Shown in pieces: positions 30,988 through 41,947 of a DNA stretch of 64,000 nt. Made by a program: the position numbers and the translations under genes. The stretch covers positions 32,001 through 96,000 of the forward strand of contig JBIPSI010000020.1 of NCBI GenBank assembly GCA_044070495.1, read 5' to 3'. Origin of the DNA: Spirulina sp. GTDB lineage: Bacteria; Cyanobacteriota; Cyanobacteriia; Phormidesmidales; Phormidesmidaceae. The notes beneath the pieces were generated by a model, which saw nothing but the letters and a program-made list of their open reading frames with translations, was not told the DNA's origin and searched no databases. Numbering within the stretch: position 1 is the first letter of the stretch; every line of letters starts with the position of its first letter.

Positions 30988-31845
30988 ATGCACCTAGGAC
31001 TTCTGTGCTTGACGATAACGGTGGCAGCGGTGGTGCGCTGGCGGTGGAAGCCAGGGTTAGGGACTTGGTCGCAGCGGTGGTGGTGGGCGGTGCTGGCCCT
31101 ATGTTGTCCGATTTTTGGGCTGTTTTCTACGGCCATCGCCATTCTGGGCATGGGGCACCACGGCACCATGCTGGGTTGGGCGGTGGGGCCAACGGGTTGT
31201 CGCATCAGCCAACTAGTCCTAATCGGCGGTCTGATGGCGGGGCTGTATGGGGTGTTCCAGGCCGGATGGACAACCTGGCGGTGGCGGCAATATCCGCTAA
31301 CTCAGTTACCCCAGGGCATTCCCGCCCGCCTTATAGATACGGAAGTACCTATTGCCGCCCAGGTGGGGTTTTGGCGATCCGCCCTCATGGTCAGTCGTGG
31401 CTGGCTCGATCAGCTCTCTAGCGAAGAGCAGGCCATGGTTTTGGCCCACGAACAGGCCCATGCCTACTATCGCGATCCGCTGGGGTTTTGGCTGCTGGGC
31501 ATGGTGCGGCAGCTCACGGCTTGGCTCCCTTGCACCCAAGCCCTTTGGCAAGAATTGCTGCTACTGCGGGAAATTCGGGCGGATCGCTGGGCGGCCCAAC
31601 AGGCCCATCCCCTGGCGGTGGCAGAACTTTTGGTGAAAATGTCTCGCCAAACCATACTAGAAAAGGCTGTTCCGTCCTCCGCGCTGATCGGTTTCAGCAG
31701 CCCCGACGAGATGGATCGTCTAGAACAGCGGGTGGATGCCCTCCTAGAACCGATGCCTAGCGAGGAGACACCACCCCTGGGCAAGGTCGTCGTGGGGTTT
31801 ACCCTTACCCTTCTGCCTCTCCTGGCCATGGGGCTGCACCATTAA
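30988..31845 (+). CDS. M56 family metallopeptidase (BlaR1-like)
   Basis: TM helices, LAHEQAH..RDP, LREIRADRWA; adjacent to BlaI. Confidence 0.9.
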   Translation: MHLGLLCLTITVAAVVRWRWKPGLGTWSQRWWWAVLALCCPIFGLFSTAIAILGMGHHGTMLGWAVGPTGCRISQLVLIGGLMAGLYGVFQAGWTTWRWRQYPLTQLPQGIPARLIDTEVPIAAQVGFWRSALMVSRGWLDQLSSEEQAMVLAHEQAHAYYRDPLGFWLLGMVRQLTAWLPCTQALWQELLLLREIRADRWAAQQAHPLAVAELLVKMSRQTILEKAVPSSALIGFSSPDEMDRLEQRVDALLEPMPSEETPPLGKVVVGFTLTLLPLLAMGLHH

Positions 31846-31921
31846 AGTAAGGCAAAATAAGGGTTCCCGGCATGGGGTGATGACTTCGTGCCGTCTTTGA
31901 ATCGGGGAACCTTGGCATGGC

Positions 31922-34816
31922 GTGTTGCCCAAAACCTGGAGGGTTGTGTTGATCAGACGCTACATTCGACTGGGGTTGATTCTCCTCTGTGGCCTGCTAG
32001 TGAGCTTGCTGTTCCAAGCGGCCCCGGTGTCGATCTCTGGAGTTCCAACCCTGGTTCACGCGGCTAAGGCCACTGAGGCTAAGGCGGCATCGGGCGACGG
32101 GCTTAAGCCCTTTGCGGAGGTGACCCGCGATTTTACGGCCACGACGGGGCTATTTACGCTGTATCACCAGCCCCGCACCAACCGCACCCTGCTGGGGTTG
32201 CGCCCCGACCAACTCAACCAAAATCTGTTGCTCATTACTACTCTGGCCTCTGGGGTGGGGGAGGCCGGACTGCTGCGGGGGATGCCCGTGAATAACGGCC
32301 TGCCGATCCAGTTTCGGGCCGCGCCCAACGACCGTTTGCAGGTGGTGGTGCCCAATTTCTTTTTCCGAGATGAGCTAGGCCAACCCCGTGATCGGCAAGC
32401 TCTAGCGGATTCCTTCAGCGATTCAGTACTGTTTGCCCTGCCCATTCTCAGCCGCCACCCCGACAGCGGCGAAATGCTGATTGACCTCGCTGAGTTTTTG
32501 ATCACCCAGGATCCGGCCAATGTGTTGGCTGCCTTCCCGTGGATTGCCGATAACTATGGTGTGAATGCCGATCTGTCCTACCTGGGGCCAGTCCAGGTGT
32601 TTCCTGAAAATGTGGAGATGGAGACGGTACTGGGGCTAAGTGGAGGCGGTGGATCGGCGGATTTCTTTGGGCAAGGGCTAAGCAGTCTGTCCGATCAGCG
32701 GGGGTTTACCCTGCGGGTGCGCCATAGCCTTTCGGCCCTGCCCAACCATCCCAGTTTTCAGCCCCGTCCGGCGGATCAGCGGGTGGGCTATTTCATCACC
32801 GCCTACCGCACCGCCGAGCGTCGTCGTTCCCCCGACCCTGTGGTGCGATACATCCATCGCTGGCACCTAGAAAAGCAAGACCCCACGGCGGCCCTGTCTG
32901 CTCCCAAACAGCCCATCGTGTTTTGGCTGGAAAATACCATTCCCCAGGAGTACCGATCCGTCATTCGGGAAGGGGTGGAATGGTGGAATGCGGCCTTTGA
33001 ACAGGCGGGGTTTCTGCGGGCCATCCAGGTGGAACAAATGCCGGACAATGCCCCCTGGGATCCGGCGGACGTGCGCTACAACGTGATTCGCTGGTCGGAT
33101 TCCTTCCGGTCTAGCCTACTGGGCATTGGGCCATCGCGGGTGAATCCCCTCACCGGGGAAATTTTGGATGCGGATGTGATTCTGGATGCTAGCGCCATCA
33201 GCTACGCCAACCAGCAATATCAAACCCTCGGCCCCGGTGGCGGCGGGGAGGCGATGGCCCTTGGCCCCCTCTGCCAGTCTGGTTTGCTGCGTTCTGCCCT
33301 ACGGCGGGAGGGTGCCCTCGCCAACGCCCCGGTCAACCTGCGCCTGTTTGCCACCCTGGCTACCCCCACCGCCGCCGGGGCCATGGCCGATGGGGCGGAT
33401 TTCTGTGCCGGACTAGCCGGACTGAGCCAAGTCGCCTTTGGCCGCCTCGCCCTCAACACCCTAGGCGCACCCCTAGCCAATCGGGCCACCCAGGAGGCCT
33501 ACGTGCAAGACTTTTTGCGTACCCTAACTGCCCATGAGGTGGGCCATGTGCTGGGGTTGCGCCACAACTTTGTGGGCAGCGTCCTGCGATCTCCCGAAGA
33601 ACTCCACAACCCGGAAATCACCCGCACCGAGGGCATGATCACCTCGATTATGGATTACCTGCCCCCCAACATTGCGCCGCCCGGATCGCCCCAGGGCGAC
33701 TTTTTCCCCAATCAGCTTGGGGCCTATGATCGGTGGGCCATCGAGTACGGCTACCGCCCCACCAGCAACCCCATCGTCGCCCAGCGGGAACTCCAGGCCA
33801 TTGCCGACCGGGCCAGCGACCCCCAATTGGCCTACGCCCCCGACGAAGACATCTTTGACGTGCTGGATCCCAAGGCCAACCCCTGGGACTGGAGCCACAA
33901 CCCCCTCGACTACGCCGCCGGACAAATGGCCCTCGCCCAAAGCATTTGGAGCAATCTGGACTGGTTTTCCCTCAACCCTGGTGAAGGCTACGGTCTGCTG
34001 CGCCAGCGGGTGGATTTGGTCTTCAACCACTACCTCAGCCAGGCCCTGGTGATGGCCAACTACATTGGTGGGCAGCGGTTCCTACGCACCGACCCCTGGA
34101 GTTCGAGAGGGCAGCCCCCCTTCCAACCCATCGCCGCCGCCGACCAGCGCCGCGCCTTAGAGGTCTTGGGCCAATCCCTGTTTGCCGTCGATGCGGTACA
34201 GATCTCCCCTGATCTGGTGCGCCTGCTGGCCCCCGACCGCTGGTGGCACCAGGGCCAACAGCCCACGTTTTTTCCCCTAGACTACCCCCTCTCCGACCGG
34301 GTTTTGACCATGCAGGCCATTGTCCTCAGCGACCTGCTCTACGGAGATCGGCTGTCCCGGCTCAGCAGTGCCGACCTCTACACCAGCGGCGATCACCTCA
34401 GCCTCACGGAACTCTCTGCACGGATCACCCAGGCGATTTGGGGAGAATGGATGGCCCCCGCCGACCCGCTACCCGCCTCCAGCCTGCGCCGAGGGCTGCA
34501 ACGGTTCCACCTCGATCTGCTGACCCAGTTTCTATCCCCCACCGCCAGCGCCCCCAACACCGTCCTAGACTGGCTGGCCCAGGAAACCGCCCGCACCGCC
34601 CCCGCCGATGCCCGACTGATGGCCCGCCACCAGCTTCGTCAACTTCAAACCGCCCTGCAAACCTACCACCGACACCACGCCACCCGCCTCGACAGCCTCA
34701 GCCGCGCCCACCTAGAGGAGGTCACCCAGCGCATCAACCAAGCCCTTAGCGCCATCAGCCCCGGTACCCGCTACGGCAGCGGGGCTAAAGGCGATGCCGA
34801 CTTCCCCCCAGCCTAG
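31922..34816 (+). CDS. zinc-dependent metalloprotease (DUF5117/EcxA-like)
   Basis: PRPADQRVGYF, DVRYNVIRW, NPLTGEILDAD, HEVGHVLGLRHNF, SIMDY. Confidence 0.9.
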   Translation: MLPKTWRVVLIRRYIRLGLILLCGLLVSLLFQAAPVSISGVPTLVHAAKATEAKAASGDGLKPFAEVTRDFTATTGLFTLYHQPRTNRTLLGLRPDQLNQNLLLITTLASGVGEAGLLRGMPVNNGLPIQFRAAPNDRLQVVVPNFFFRDELGQPRDRQALADSFSDSVLFALPILSRHPDSGEMLIDLAEFLITQDPANVLAAFPWIADNYGVNADLSYLGPVQVFPENVEMETVLGLSGGGGSADFFGQGLSSLSDQRGFTLRVRHSLSALPNHPSFQPRPADQRVGYFITAYRTAERRRSPDPVVRYIHRWHLEKQDPTAALSAPKQPIVFWLENTIPQEYRSVIREGVEWWNAAFEQAGFLRAIQVEQMPDNAPWDPADVRYNVIRWSDSFRSSLLGIGPSRVNPLTGEILDADVILDASAISYANQQYQTLGPGGGGEAMALGPLCQSGLLRSALRREGALANAPVNLRLFATLATPTAAGAMADGADFCAGLAGLSQVAFGRLALNTLGAPLANRATQEAYVQDFLRTLTAHEVGHVLGLRHNFVGSVLRSPEELHNPEITRTEGMITSIMDYLPPNIAPPGSPQGDFFPNQLGAYDRWAIEYGYRPTSNPIVAQRELQAIADRASDPQLAYAPDEDIFDVLDPKANPWDWSHNPLDYAAGQMALAQSIWSNLDWFSLNPGEGYGLLRQRVDLVFNHYLSQALVMANYIGGQRFLRTDPWSSRGQPPFQPIAAADQRRALEVLGQSLFAVDAVQISPDLVRLLAPDRWWHQGQQPTFFPLDYPLSDRVLTMQAIVLSDLLYGDRLSRLSSADLYTSGDHLSLTELSARITQAIWGEWMAPADPLPASSLRRGLQRFHLDLLTQFLSPTASAPNTVLDWLAQETARTAPADARLMARHQLRQLQTALQTYHRHHATRLDSLSRAHLEEVTQRINQALSAISPGTRYGSGAKGDADFPPA

Positions 34817-35169
34817 GGAATACCGCCTAGACTCCATCCACCAGGGCTTGGCTAAGCGCGACAGACCAGCAACCTTCCCATGGCCTGACCGCCTAACACC
34901 CCTGCAACCTATCGCCAGTACAAATCTGCGACCGCAAAGGCCAACGCTTGACCTGCCTGCGGCCTTCCCCAAGGTCTGCCTTCCGGCGCTGAGTGATAGA
35001 CCGCCTCAATTGCCTGGGGAAAGCCTTTTAGGCCATCACAGCAGGCCATCAGGATATCCTTGAGTTCTCGATTTCGCTAACTATGGCGGTGACCTCGCTT
35101 GAAAGAAGGCGAGATGCGCCGTTAACGTATCTCGCCCCCTGTTATGGAGAACAGTGTCCGAGGGAAATC

Positions 35170-36342
35170 CTAAACTAGTTGAAAGGCAGCCCCTAGGCCA
35201 ACACCGATTTCGTGGACGGAGAGTTTGCCGTCGTGGTCGGAGTCGAGGGCATCAAAGACGGCATCGGTGCCGAGCCATTCTTCGCGGGTGATGAAGCCGT
35301 CGCCATCGAGGTCGTAGGCTTTGAATAGGTCGTCGCGGGCATGGGTGATCATGATTTCGCCCTGGGTGAGCTGAGCTAGGCGGGTGGCGAGGAAGTCTTC
35401 CAGGGTTTCTAGGGCCTTGCTAAAGCCTTTGATACCTTCGTCTAGCTTTTCCTTGGACATGCGGTCAGCTTCATGCATGGTGCGGAAGGTGGCCTCATCC
35501 ATAGAGATTTTCTCGATATCCATGGTCGCCGCCTTCTCAGGGTCGAGCTTGCGGGGCAGGTCGGCCTCGGTGCCCTCTAGCTGAGCCAACAACTGGGGCG
35601 AAATGGTGAGCAAGTCACAGCCCGCCAGTTCCGTAATCTCGCCAATGTTGCGGAAGCTGGCCCCCATGACCTCGGTGCTGTAGCCAAACTTTTTGTAGTA
35701 GTTGTAGATCTGCGTGACGGAGACCACACCGGGATCTTCGTGGGGGGCGTACGCTTCACGCCCGGTCTCTTTTTTGTACCAGTCTAAAATGCGCCCCACA
35801 AAGGGAGAAATCAGCGTTACCCCGGCCTCGGCGCAGGCGATGGCTTGGTGCAGGCCAAACAGCAGGGTGAGGTTGCAGTGAATTCCCTCCTTCTCCAACA
35901 CCTCGGCGGCTTTGATGCCCTCCCAGGTGGAGGCGATTTTGATCAGCACCCGATCCTTACCAATGCCGAGCTTGTCGTACTGGTCGATGATGTTGCGGGC
36001 GGTGGTAATGGTGGCCTCGGTGTCGTAGGAGAGCCGCGCATCGACTTCGGTAGACACTCGACCGGGGATAATCTCCAAAATTTTCTGGCCAAAGGACACC
36101 GCCAAACGGTTAAAGGCCAGGTTAGCAATGTCCTTATCCGACGCCCCAGCGCCCGCATCGGTCTTGGCTTTGAGCAAGGTTTCATCCACAATTTGGTGAT
36201 ACTGGGGCATCTGCGCCGCCGCCGTAATCAGCGAGGGGTTGGTGGTGGCATCGCGGGGCGTAAATTTTTCGATGGCTTGGATGTCCCCGGTGTCGGCCAC
36301 CACAATGGTGACTTGCCGAAGCTGCTCTAAAAGGCTGGCCAT
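35170..36342 (-). CDS. tal: transaldolase with C-terminal EF-hands
   Basis: [49 protein letters not shown]; start MASLLEQ. Confidence 0.96.
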   Translation of the reverse strand: MASLLEQLRQVTIVVADTGDIQAIEKFTPRDATTNPSLITAAAQMPQYHQIVDETLLKAKTDAGAGASDKDIANLAFNRLAVSFGQKILEIIPGRVSTEVDARLSYDTEATITTARNIIDQYDKLGIGKDRVLIKIASTWEGIKAAEVLEKEGIHCNLTLLFGLHQAIACAEAGVTLISPFVGRILDWYKKETGREAYAPHEDPGVVSVTQIYNYYKKFGYSTEVMGASFRNIGEITELAGCDLLTISPQLLAQLEGTEADLPRKLDPEKAATMDIEKISMDEATFRTMHEADRMSKEKLDEGIKGFSKALETLEDFLATRLAQLTQGEIMITHARDDLFKAYDLDGDGFITREEWLGTDAVFDALDSDHDGKLSVHEIGVGLGAAFQLV

Positions 36343-36723
36343 AATATTCTCCTGAAATGGTAAGCGGGCTGGGGCGGGCTGCCCCCATGGGCTGTCCACA
36401 TTATTGTAATCACAGCGGTTTTAGCCGTTGTGAACGCCCCATTAACGCCCTCAGGTTGCCATAGCCGCCTCCTGCACCGCTGTCCTGTCCATTCATCTGC
36501 GGGTTTTCTTAAGCTTTGGCGGCGAAATTTTTGGGCCTGTGCAGATCCTTGCCTAGGGATTCCCACCGCATGCCGGGCTGGCGCTTGGCCTGTCGTGGGC
36601 GGTGGGCTGGCTTTGGCTGCGGGGAGGGATTGGCATCGTCGCAAAGGAAGGATCAAGGCAATCGCACCCAAAAGCCAAGGAAAGCCCTATAGAATAGCCG
36701 ACAGCGAATCACTCTCCTGCCCT

Positions 36724-37950
36724 ATGACGTCTCAACGCAAACCCAAATTCCACCCATGGATGCTGCTGTTCTGGGCCGCGCTGCTGGCCGTGGTCATGCT
36801 AGATCGGCCTGCGGTTGCCTTTTCGCCGCCGGTGGTGCCTTGGGGGGCCGATCCGTGGGAGACCGCCCCAATTCCCCAGAGCTTCCAGAACATTCGGGGG
36901 GTGTGGCTGACCACCAACGATATGACGATGCTGCGAGATTCCTCTCGGGTGCAGATCGCCATGGCCGAGTTATCTCAGCTCAACTTCAATACGGTCTATC
37001 CCGTCGTCTGGAATTCGGGCTATGCCCTCTACCCCAGCGTGGTTGCCCAGCAAGCCGGGATCCCCTACATTCACCGAGGCGCGGCGGGGCAAGACATTCT
37101 GGCCGACGTGATTCACCAAGCTCACCGTCAGGGGCTGCTGGCAATTCCCTGGTTCGAGTTTGGCTTTATGGCTCCGCCGTCATCGGAGTTGGCCATCGCT
37201 CACCCCGACTGGCTCACCCAGCGCCAAAACGGCAGCCAAACCTCAGGCAGTGCGGCGGGGGAAGTGGTATGGCTCAACCCCTTTAAGCCAGAGGTGCAGC
37301 AGTTCATTACCAGCCTGGTGGCCGAAATGGCCTCCCGCTACGACATTGACGGCCTTCAGTTCGATGACCACACCGCCCTGCCCAGCGACTTTGGCTACGA
37401 CCCCTACACCCTGGCCCTATACCAGCAGGAAACCGAGCAGCCGGTGCCAAATAACCCCCGCGACCCAGCCTGGATGCGCTGGCGGGCAGACAAAATTACA
37501 GACTTTGTGGCTCAGCTCAACCAGACCGTGAAACAGTATCGTCCCCAAGCCATCATCTCTGTATCTCCCAATCCCTACGACACCGCCTACAACTCGTTTT
37601 TGCAAGACTGGGTGGGCTGGATCAATCGTGGCTTGGTGGATGAACTGCTGGTACAGGTCTACCGCTGGGACATGGACAGCTTTACGAACCAAATTCTGCG
37701 GCCCGAAATTCAGACCGCCCAAACTCAAATCCCGGTGGGCATTGGCATCCTAACGGGGTTACGTAATCGCCCCATGCCGATGTCGATGATTCAAGCCAAG
37801 GTGCAGCGGGCGACAGCCCAGGGGTTAGGGGTGGCCTTTTTCTACTACGAAAGCCTCTGGTACGATGCACCGGAGCCTGTGGCAGAACGTCAGGCCCGTT
37901 TCCGAGATTTGTTTAGCGTTCCGGCCTCCCGGTTTAGTCTCCGTCGCTAG
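36724..37950 (+). CDS. glycoside hydrolase family 10-like (GHL10/DUF187) protein
   Basis: IRGVWLT, NFNTVYPVVWN, IPWFEFG, YDIDGLQFDDH; start MTSQRK. Confidence 0.9.
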   Translation: MTSQRKPKFHPWMLLFWAALLAVVMLDRPAVAFSPPVVPWGADPWETAPIPQSFQNIRGVWLTTNDMTMLRDSSRVQIAMAELSQLNFNTVYPVVWNSGYALYPSVVAQQAGIPYIHRGAAGQDILADVIHQAHRQGLLAIPWFEFGFMAPPSSELAIAHPDWLTQRQNGSQTSGSAAGEVVWLNPFKPEVQQFITSLVAEMASRYDIDGLQFDDHTALPSDFGYDPYTLALYQQETEQPVPNNPRDPAWMRWRADKITDFVAQLNQTVKQYRPQAIISVSPNPYDTAYNSFLQDWVGWINRGLVDELLVQVYRWDMDSFTNQILRPEIQTAQTQIPVGIGILTGLRNRPMPMSMIQAKVQRATAQGLGVAFFYYESLWYDAPEPVAERQARFRDLFSVPASRFSLRR

Positions 37951-38044
37951 GCTTAAAAAGCCGTAGTTTGAAGAGTATTAGGCAGAAAGCTTCCCTCTAA
38001 TAAAGGGCTATACCCCCAAACACACTACAGGTGATACGTGAAAT

Positions 38045-38176
38045 ATGGAAGCATCAACAACTATTAGGAAAATGATGGCTGGCAACAAAATTCTTGTGCC
38101 TGCATATCAGCGTGCGTATTCGTGGGATACCCCTATAGAGAAAGCAGGTAGAACGACACAAACTGACGTGTTCTTG
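38045..38176 (+). pseudogene. N-terminal fragment of a DUF262 (GmrS/ParB-like) protein
   Basis: KILVPAYQRAYSWD motif; AT-rich; collides with the convergent gene after ~44 codons. Confidence 0.7.
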
Positions 38177-41100
38177 TCAGAACAGCGTGATCGGTGCGAC
38201 GGGTTCGATGTCGGGGTTGTTGCCGCCGATTTGATTGGTGCGGAGAACCCAAAGGGCGGCTCCGTGGTCGAGGCAGAGTTCGGTGATGGTGTCGCTGGCC
38301 TTGCGGGGCAGCATGGTGCGCCAGCTTAGCAGCCCTCGGCCCAGGGTTTTGAGGGGATAGTCGGAGAGGTTGCTGCCGAGGGTGTCGTTGGCGGCTTCCC
38401 AATCGGCGCGGGCGCTGCCGAAGGGCAAGAGTTGTCGCTGAATGGCTTTGCGGAAATGGATGAGTTGCCGCAACTGTTGGGCCTGTTGGGGGTAGCGGGC
38501 TTCCCAGGCTTTGAGTTTGGCGCGGTGCGCTAGGATGGCCTCTTCCAGGTATTTGGCGCTGGCATACATGGCCTGGTTCGAGTCTTGGGCGCAGTTGTTG
38601 GCGGGGCCGATGTAGGTGACGCCGTTGCCATCTCCAATGCGGTAGCGGGCGGTCATGATTTCCAGTTCTAGGCACAGATCATCCAGGGCCGACCAAGCGC
38701 TACCGACAAAGGCAAAGGGTTCGGTGTAGGCGGGCAGCTTCACCAAAATATCTGACACGGGCCGAGTGCCCAAAAAGCCCCACTGACGGTCGCCCATATA
38801 CAGCGACCAGTCCAGCGTTCCGGCAATTAGCCCCCGCCGATTGTGGGTATAGACCTGGTGGTAGCGAATTTGAAACTGAAGCTCGTTGGTGATGGGTTCC
38901 CGCACCACCCGCGCAATGCCGTAGGAAAAATGGCCAAAATACACCGGCCCCTGGGTGGCAGGTTCCGCCTTGGCCCCCCCAATGCCGCCATAGACATGCA
39001 CCAATAGGGCCTGATCTCCCTCCTGCCATTGGGCCACAGCCTCCTCGGCATCGGCCCAGCGGGGATCAATCAGCACCGATTCTAGGGTGTTTTGCTTGGC
39101 TGCGAGATTTTGCCAAGATTCCCGTTCCAAGTACTGCCTGCCCTGGCGATGGTTGCCAATAAACCGCCCAGGGCGCAGTTGAAACAGCCGCCGAGGCCGC
39201 AGGGATTGCACCACAAACTCGCCGTTGGCCGCACAGGCCCCATAGATGTACCAACCGTCCTGGTTGAGGGGAGACTGTTCCAAATCCTGATTCACCGAGG
39301 CCGGGGTGTTGTTGATATCCAGCACCACCGTCGGCAACCACAGGGTTTCGATCAGGCCATCAAACTGCCCTGTAGACGGGTTGAAATGTACCACCCGAAA
39401 CCGCTCTGGCCCTTCATCCACGGGTTCCACAAACCGCACCAACCCATAAAACCGCCCGGAGGTCTGAATCGGCTCCTGGGTCACCGTCAACCGCAGCGTT
39501 TTCCCTGAAATCGTTGATCTACCACCACTCTTGTCCCCCTCTCCCAGGGGGAGAGGGGCTAGGGGTGAGGGCTGCACCCACTCCACCGTCACTGGATCCG
39601 GCAACTGCACCACCACGTCATCCACCGGACGCGCCCCCGCCAAGGATTCCAGCGGCGACACCACCCGCCAGTGGTTCAGCCGAGTCGGCAAAATTAACCC
39701 ATCCCGGTGGGAGGCCTCCGCATCGGCACTGAAGTGAATATCGCGGCTGATGATCTGGAACTCGCGCCGAAAGTCGGGGTCGGGCCGCCAGTGGATCTGC
39801 ACCACCTGACCAATCCAGTCGGCGTATTCCGGTGGTGCGTGGAGAACCTGGAAGCCCACATCGCCCTGGGGGTGGCGGGCTTCCAGGGCGGGCAAAATCA
39901 GTCGCCCTACCCAGGGGGCCACGGGCTGATACCAGGGGGCCGGGGGCGTGATGCCGGGGGGGTAGAAACTGGGGTGGTTGAAGTCGGCGGTTTGGTAGCG
40001 GTAGTAGTTGCCCTTGGTGAGAATGTCGTCCTTTTGTAGATCGAGCTGTTGCCGCAGATCGCCCACCAGAATGTCGAGCGTCAAGTCCACGGTTTGCTGG
40101 AGGTGGCTGCGGCCATCGGGCAAAAAGGCGTTGGGATCCACCACACCCCCCGGCACCTGGTGGGCCACGGGACCAAGGGAAATGAAGGTGATATTGCCCT
40201 GGCGTTTGGCTCGGTTCCAGTAGGATAGCCGCATCAGGGGCCAACGGCGGGGAAACATGATTGGCCCCAGGCGTTCTACTTTGTCGCGGTCGCCCACGAG
40301 GTGATAAAGCTGCTCGGCCTCTAGGGCACGAACGTTGCCGCTAATCACGCCGCCGAGGGAAATTACCTCGATGGGGGCAAATAGCGCCTGCCGTAGAAAG
40401 GGCATGATGCCCATGGCAATTTGGCCGCCACCGCTGTAGCCAATCAGGGTGAGGGGCACACCACCGCCGAGGGGGTAGCCGTGCTGCACCAGGCTTTCGT
40501 AGACCCGCTGGGCCACGCCCTGGTTGTAGATGGGGCCATAGCGCGAGTCGGCAGAAACCGCCACAATCAGCAAATTGCGCAGGTTAATCACCATCCCCAG
40601 CCAGCCCGCAAACCGCTTAGACATGGCCTTGGTGGAGCGCCAAAAGAAGGCTAGCGGTCGCCCCTGGGTAAGGGAACGGTTTAGCACCGAGTAGGGCATC
40701 AACCCCTTCACGAGGGCCATATCGGCGGGAAGACACTGCTCCAGTTCCGCTAAATATTGGGCCACCGCTGGCTGATAGTCTGCCGTAGCCTGATTGATGC
40801 CATCCAAATAAACGATGTAGCGACGAATGGCCGGAGCCTCTGGGGTCGCGAGGGCCGAAGGGTCTAAGGGGGGCAGGGTTTGCACGGTATCGCCATACCA
40901 CCCGGCCCACCAGCCCAGGGCTTCTAGGGGAGCCAGCAACCCCGCCACGACTAGGGCCAAACTGCCAATCCAAAACAATTCAAACAGTGGCCCCGTGGGC
41001 AGGCGGGTAAAACTGAGGCGGTTAAACAGCAGCAGCAGCAGATCGCGCACAGGCTCTAGGGCAAAGCTGATCGCCAGGGTGAGCAGGGCCAACCCACCGT

Positions 41101-41947
41101 AGATCAAAAACAACCGTAGCCATCGTCGCAGCCACCGGATACGAGGATCGGTGGCGGCACGGGCTAGCCGCTCTTGGCGGGATGGAGGGGACTCTGGTTG
41201 AGGCGTGGCTCGTGGTGTGGAATTTGAAGGATCTGGATAAATCGTTGAATTTAGCGATTGGGAATCGTTTTGCGACGATTTTACCGTTAAATCCAGGTTA
41301 GACGGGTTGTTCGTCGTCCCAGAGGATGCGTCCGACGTTCCCCAGCCCTCCGTTGTGGCCCGTTGGTTAATCAGCGTCCGCAGTTGATTTTGATCCACCA
41401 CCAACTGCACCCCGGCCACTTTGTTGGTCAGCCAATGGCCAAAGTTCACCAGGGGTTGTCCCACGGTTTGCTGAAGCACCAGCATCACCACCCAGCCCAG
41501 CCCCACATGGGCCACCACCAGCGGGGTAGAGAGGTGGGCCAATAGCTCGAAGCTAGCCACCACCAGCAGCAAACTCCACACCGCCAGCAGCCGCAGAATG
41601 GGCAACCCCAGGTAGGGGAGCGCCCCCAAAAAACTTAAGGTCAGCGGCAAATAGCCCAGGGTCAAGCTCTGGGTGATCACCCGCAGGGAAAGGGGGGCAT
41701 TCAGCAGCCAAGCGCTGGCCAGCCAAATGCTGAAGGCCCAGGTGCCATAGCCCACCACAAACAGCAGGGCTGCCAACACCAGGCTAATCACAAACCGCAG
41801 GGGCCGCACTTGGTTGACAAACAAAATGATGCTCTGGGCAACGGCCTGGGAAAACCCCGCCAAAAACACCACCCAAAAGCCACTATTTTGAAAGCTATCG
41901 CTCCAGGGTAGAACGTTGCCCAGGAGGTCGAACAGGTTATTGAGCAT
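38177..41947 (-). CDS. large cyanobacterial membrane protein (Yip1-like TM region, alpha/beta-hydrolase-like GYSGGG, CAAX-protease-associated C-terminal region)
   Basis: 1256-aa ORF; TM cluster, IGYSGGGQ, WVGRLILP, GHFSYG, NNCAQDSNQA. Confidence 0.75.
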   Translation of the reverse strand: MLNNLFDLLGNVLPWSDSFQNSGFWVVFLAGFSQAVAQSIILFVNQVRPLRFVISLVLAALLFVVGYGTWAFSIWLASAWLLNAPLSLRVITQSLTLGYLPLTLSFLGALPYLGLPILRLLAVWSLLLVVASFELLAHLSTPLVVAHVGLGWVVMLVLQQTVGQPLVNFGHWLTNKVAGVQLVVDQNQLRTLINQRATTEGWGTSDASSGTTNNPSNLDLTVKSSQNDSQSLNSTIYPDPSNSTPRATPQPESPPSRQERLARAATDPRIRWLRRWLRLFLIYGGLALLTLAISFALEPVRDLLLLLFNRLSFTRLPTGPLFELFWIGSLALVVAGLLAPLEALGWWAGWYGDTVQTLPPLDPSALATPEAPAIRRYIVYLDGINQATADYQPAVAQYLAELEQCLPADMALVKGLMPYSVLNRSLTQGRPLAFFWRSTKAMSKRFAGWLGMVINLRNLLIVAVSADSRYGPIYNQGVAQRVYESLVQHGYPLGGGVPLTLIGYSGGGQIAMGIMPFLRQALFAPIEVISLGGVISGNVRALEAEQLYHLVGDRDKVERLGPIMFPRRWPLMRLSYWNRAKRQGNITFISLGPVAHQVPGGVVDPNAFLPDGRSHLQQTVDLTLDILVGDLRQQLDLQKDDILTKGNYYRYQTADFNHPSFYPPGITPPAPWYQPVAPWVGRLILPALEARHPQGDVGFQVLHAPPEYADWIGQVVQIHWRPDPDFRREFQIISRDIHFSADAEASHRDGLILPTRLNHWRVVSPLESLAGARPVDDVVVQLPDPVTVEWVQPSPLAPLPLGEGDKSGGRSTISGKTLRLTVTQEPIQTSGRFYGLVRFVEPVDEGPERFRVVHFNPSTGQFDGLIETLWLPTVVLDINNTPASVNQDLEQSPLNQDGWYIYGACAANGEFVVQSLRPRRLFQLRPGRFIGNHRQGRQYLERESWQNLAAKQNTLESVLIDPRWADAEEAVAQWQEGDQALLVHVYGGIGGAKAEPATQGPVYFGHFSYGIARVVREPITNELQFQIRYHQVYTHNRRGLIAGTLDWSLYMGDRQWGFLGTRPVSDILVKLPAYTEPFAFVGSAWSALDDLCLELEIMTARYRIGDGNGVTYIGPANNCAQDSNQAMYASAKYLEEAILAHRAKLKAWEARYPQQAQQLRQLIHFRKAIQRQLLPFGSARADWEAANDTLGSNLSDYPLKTLGRGLLSWRTMLPRKASDTITELCLDHGAALWVLRTNQIGGNNPDIEPVAPITLF

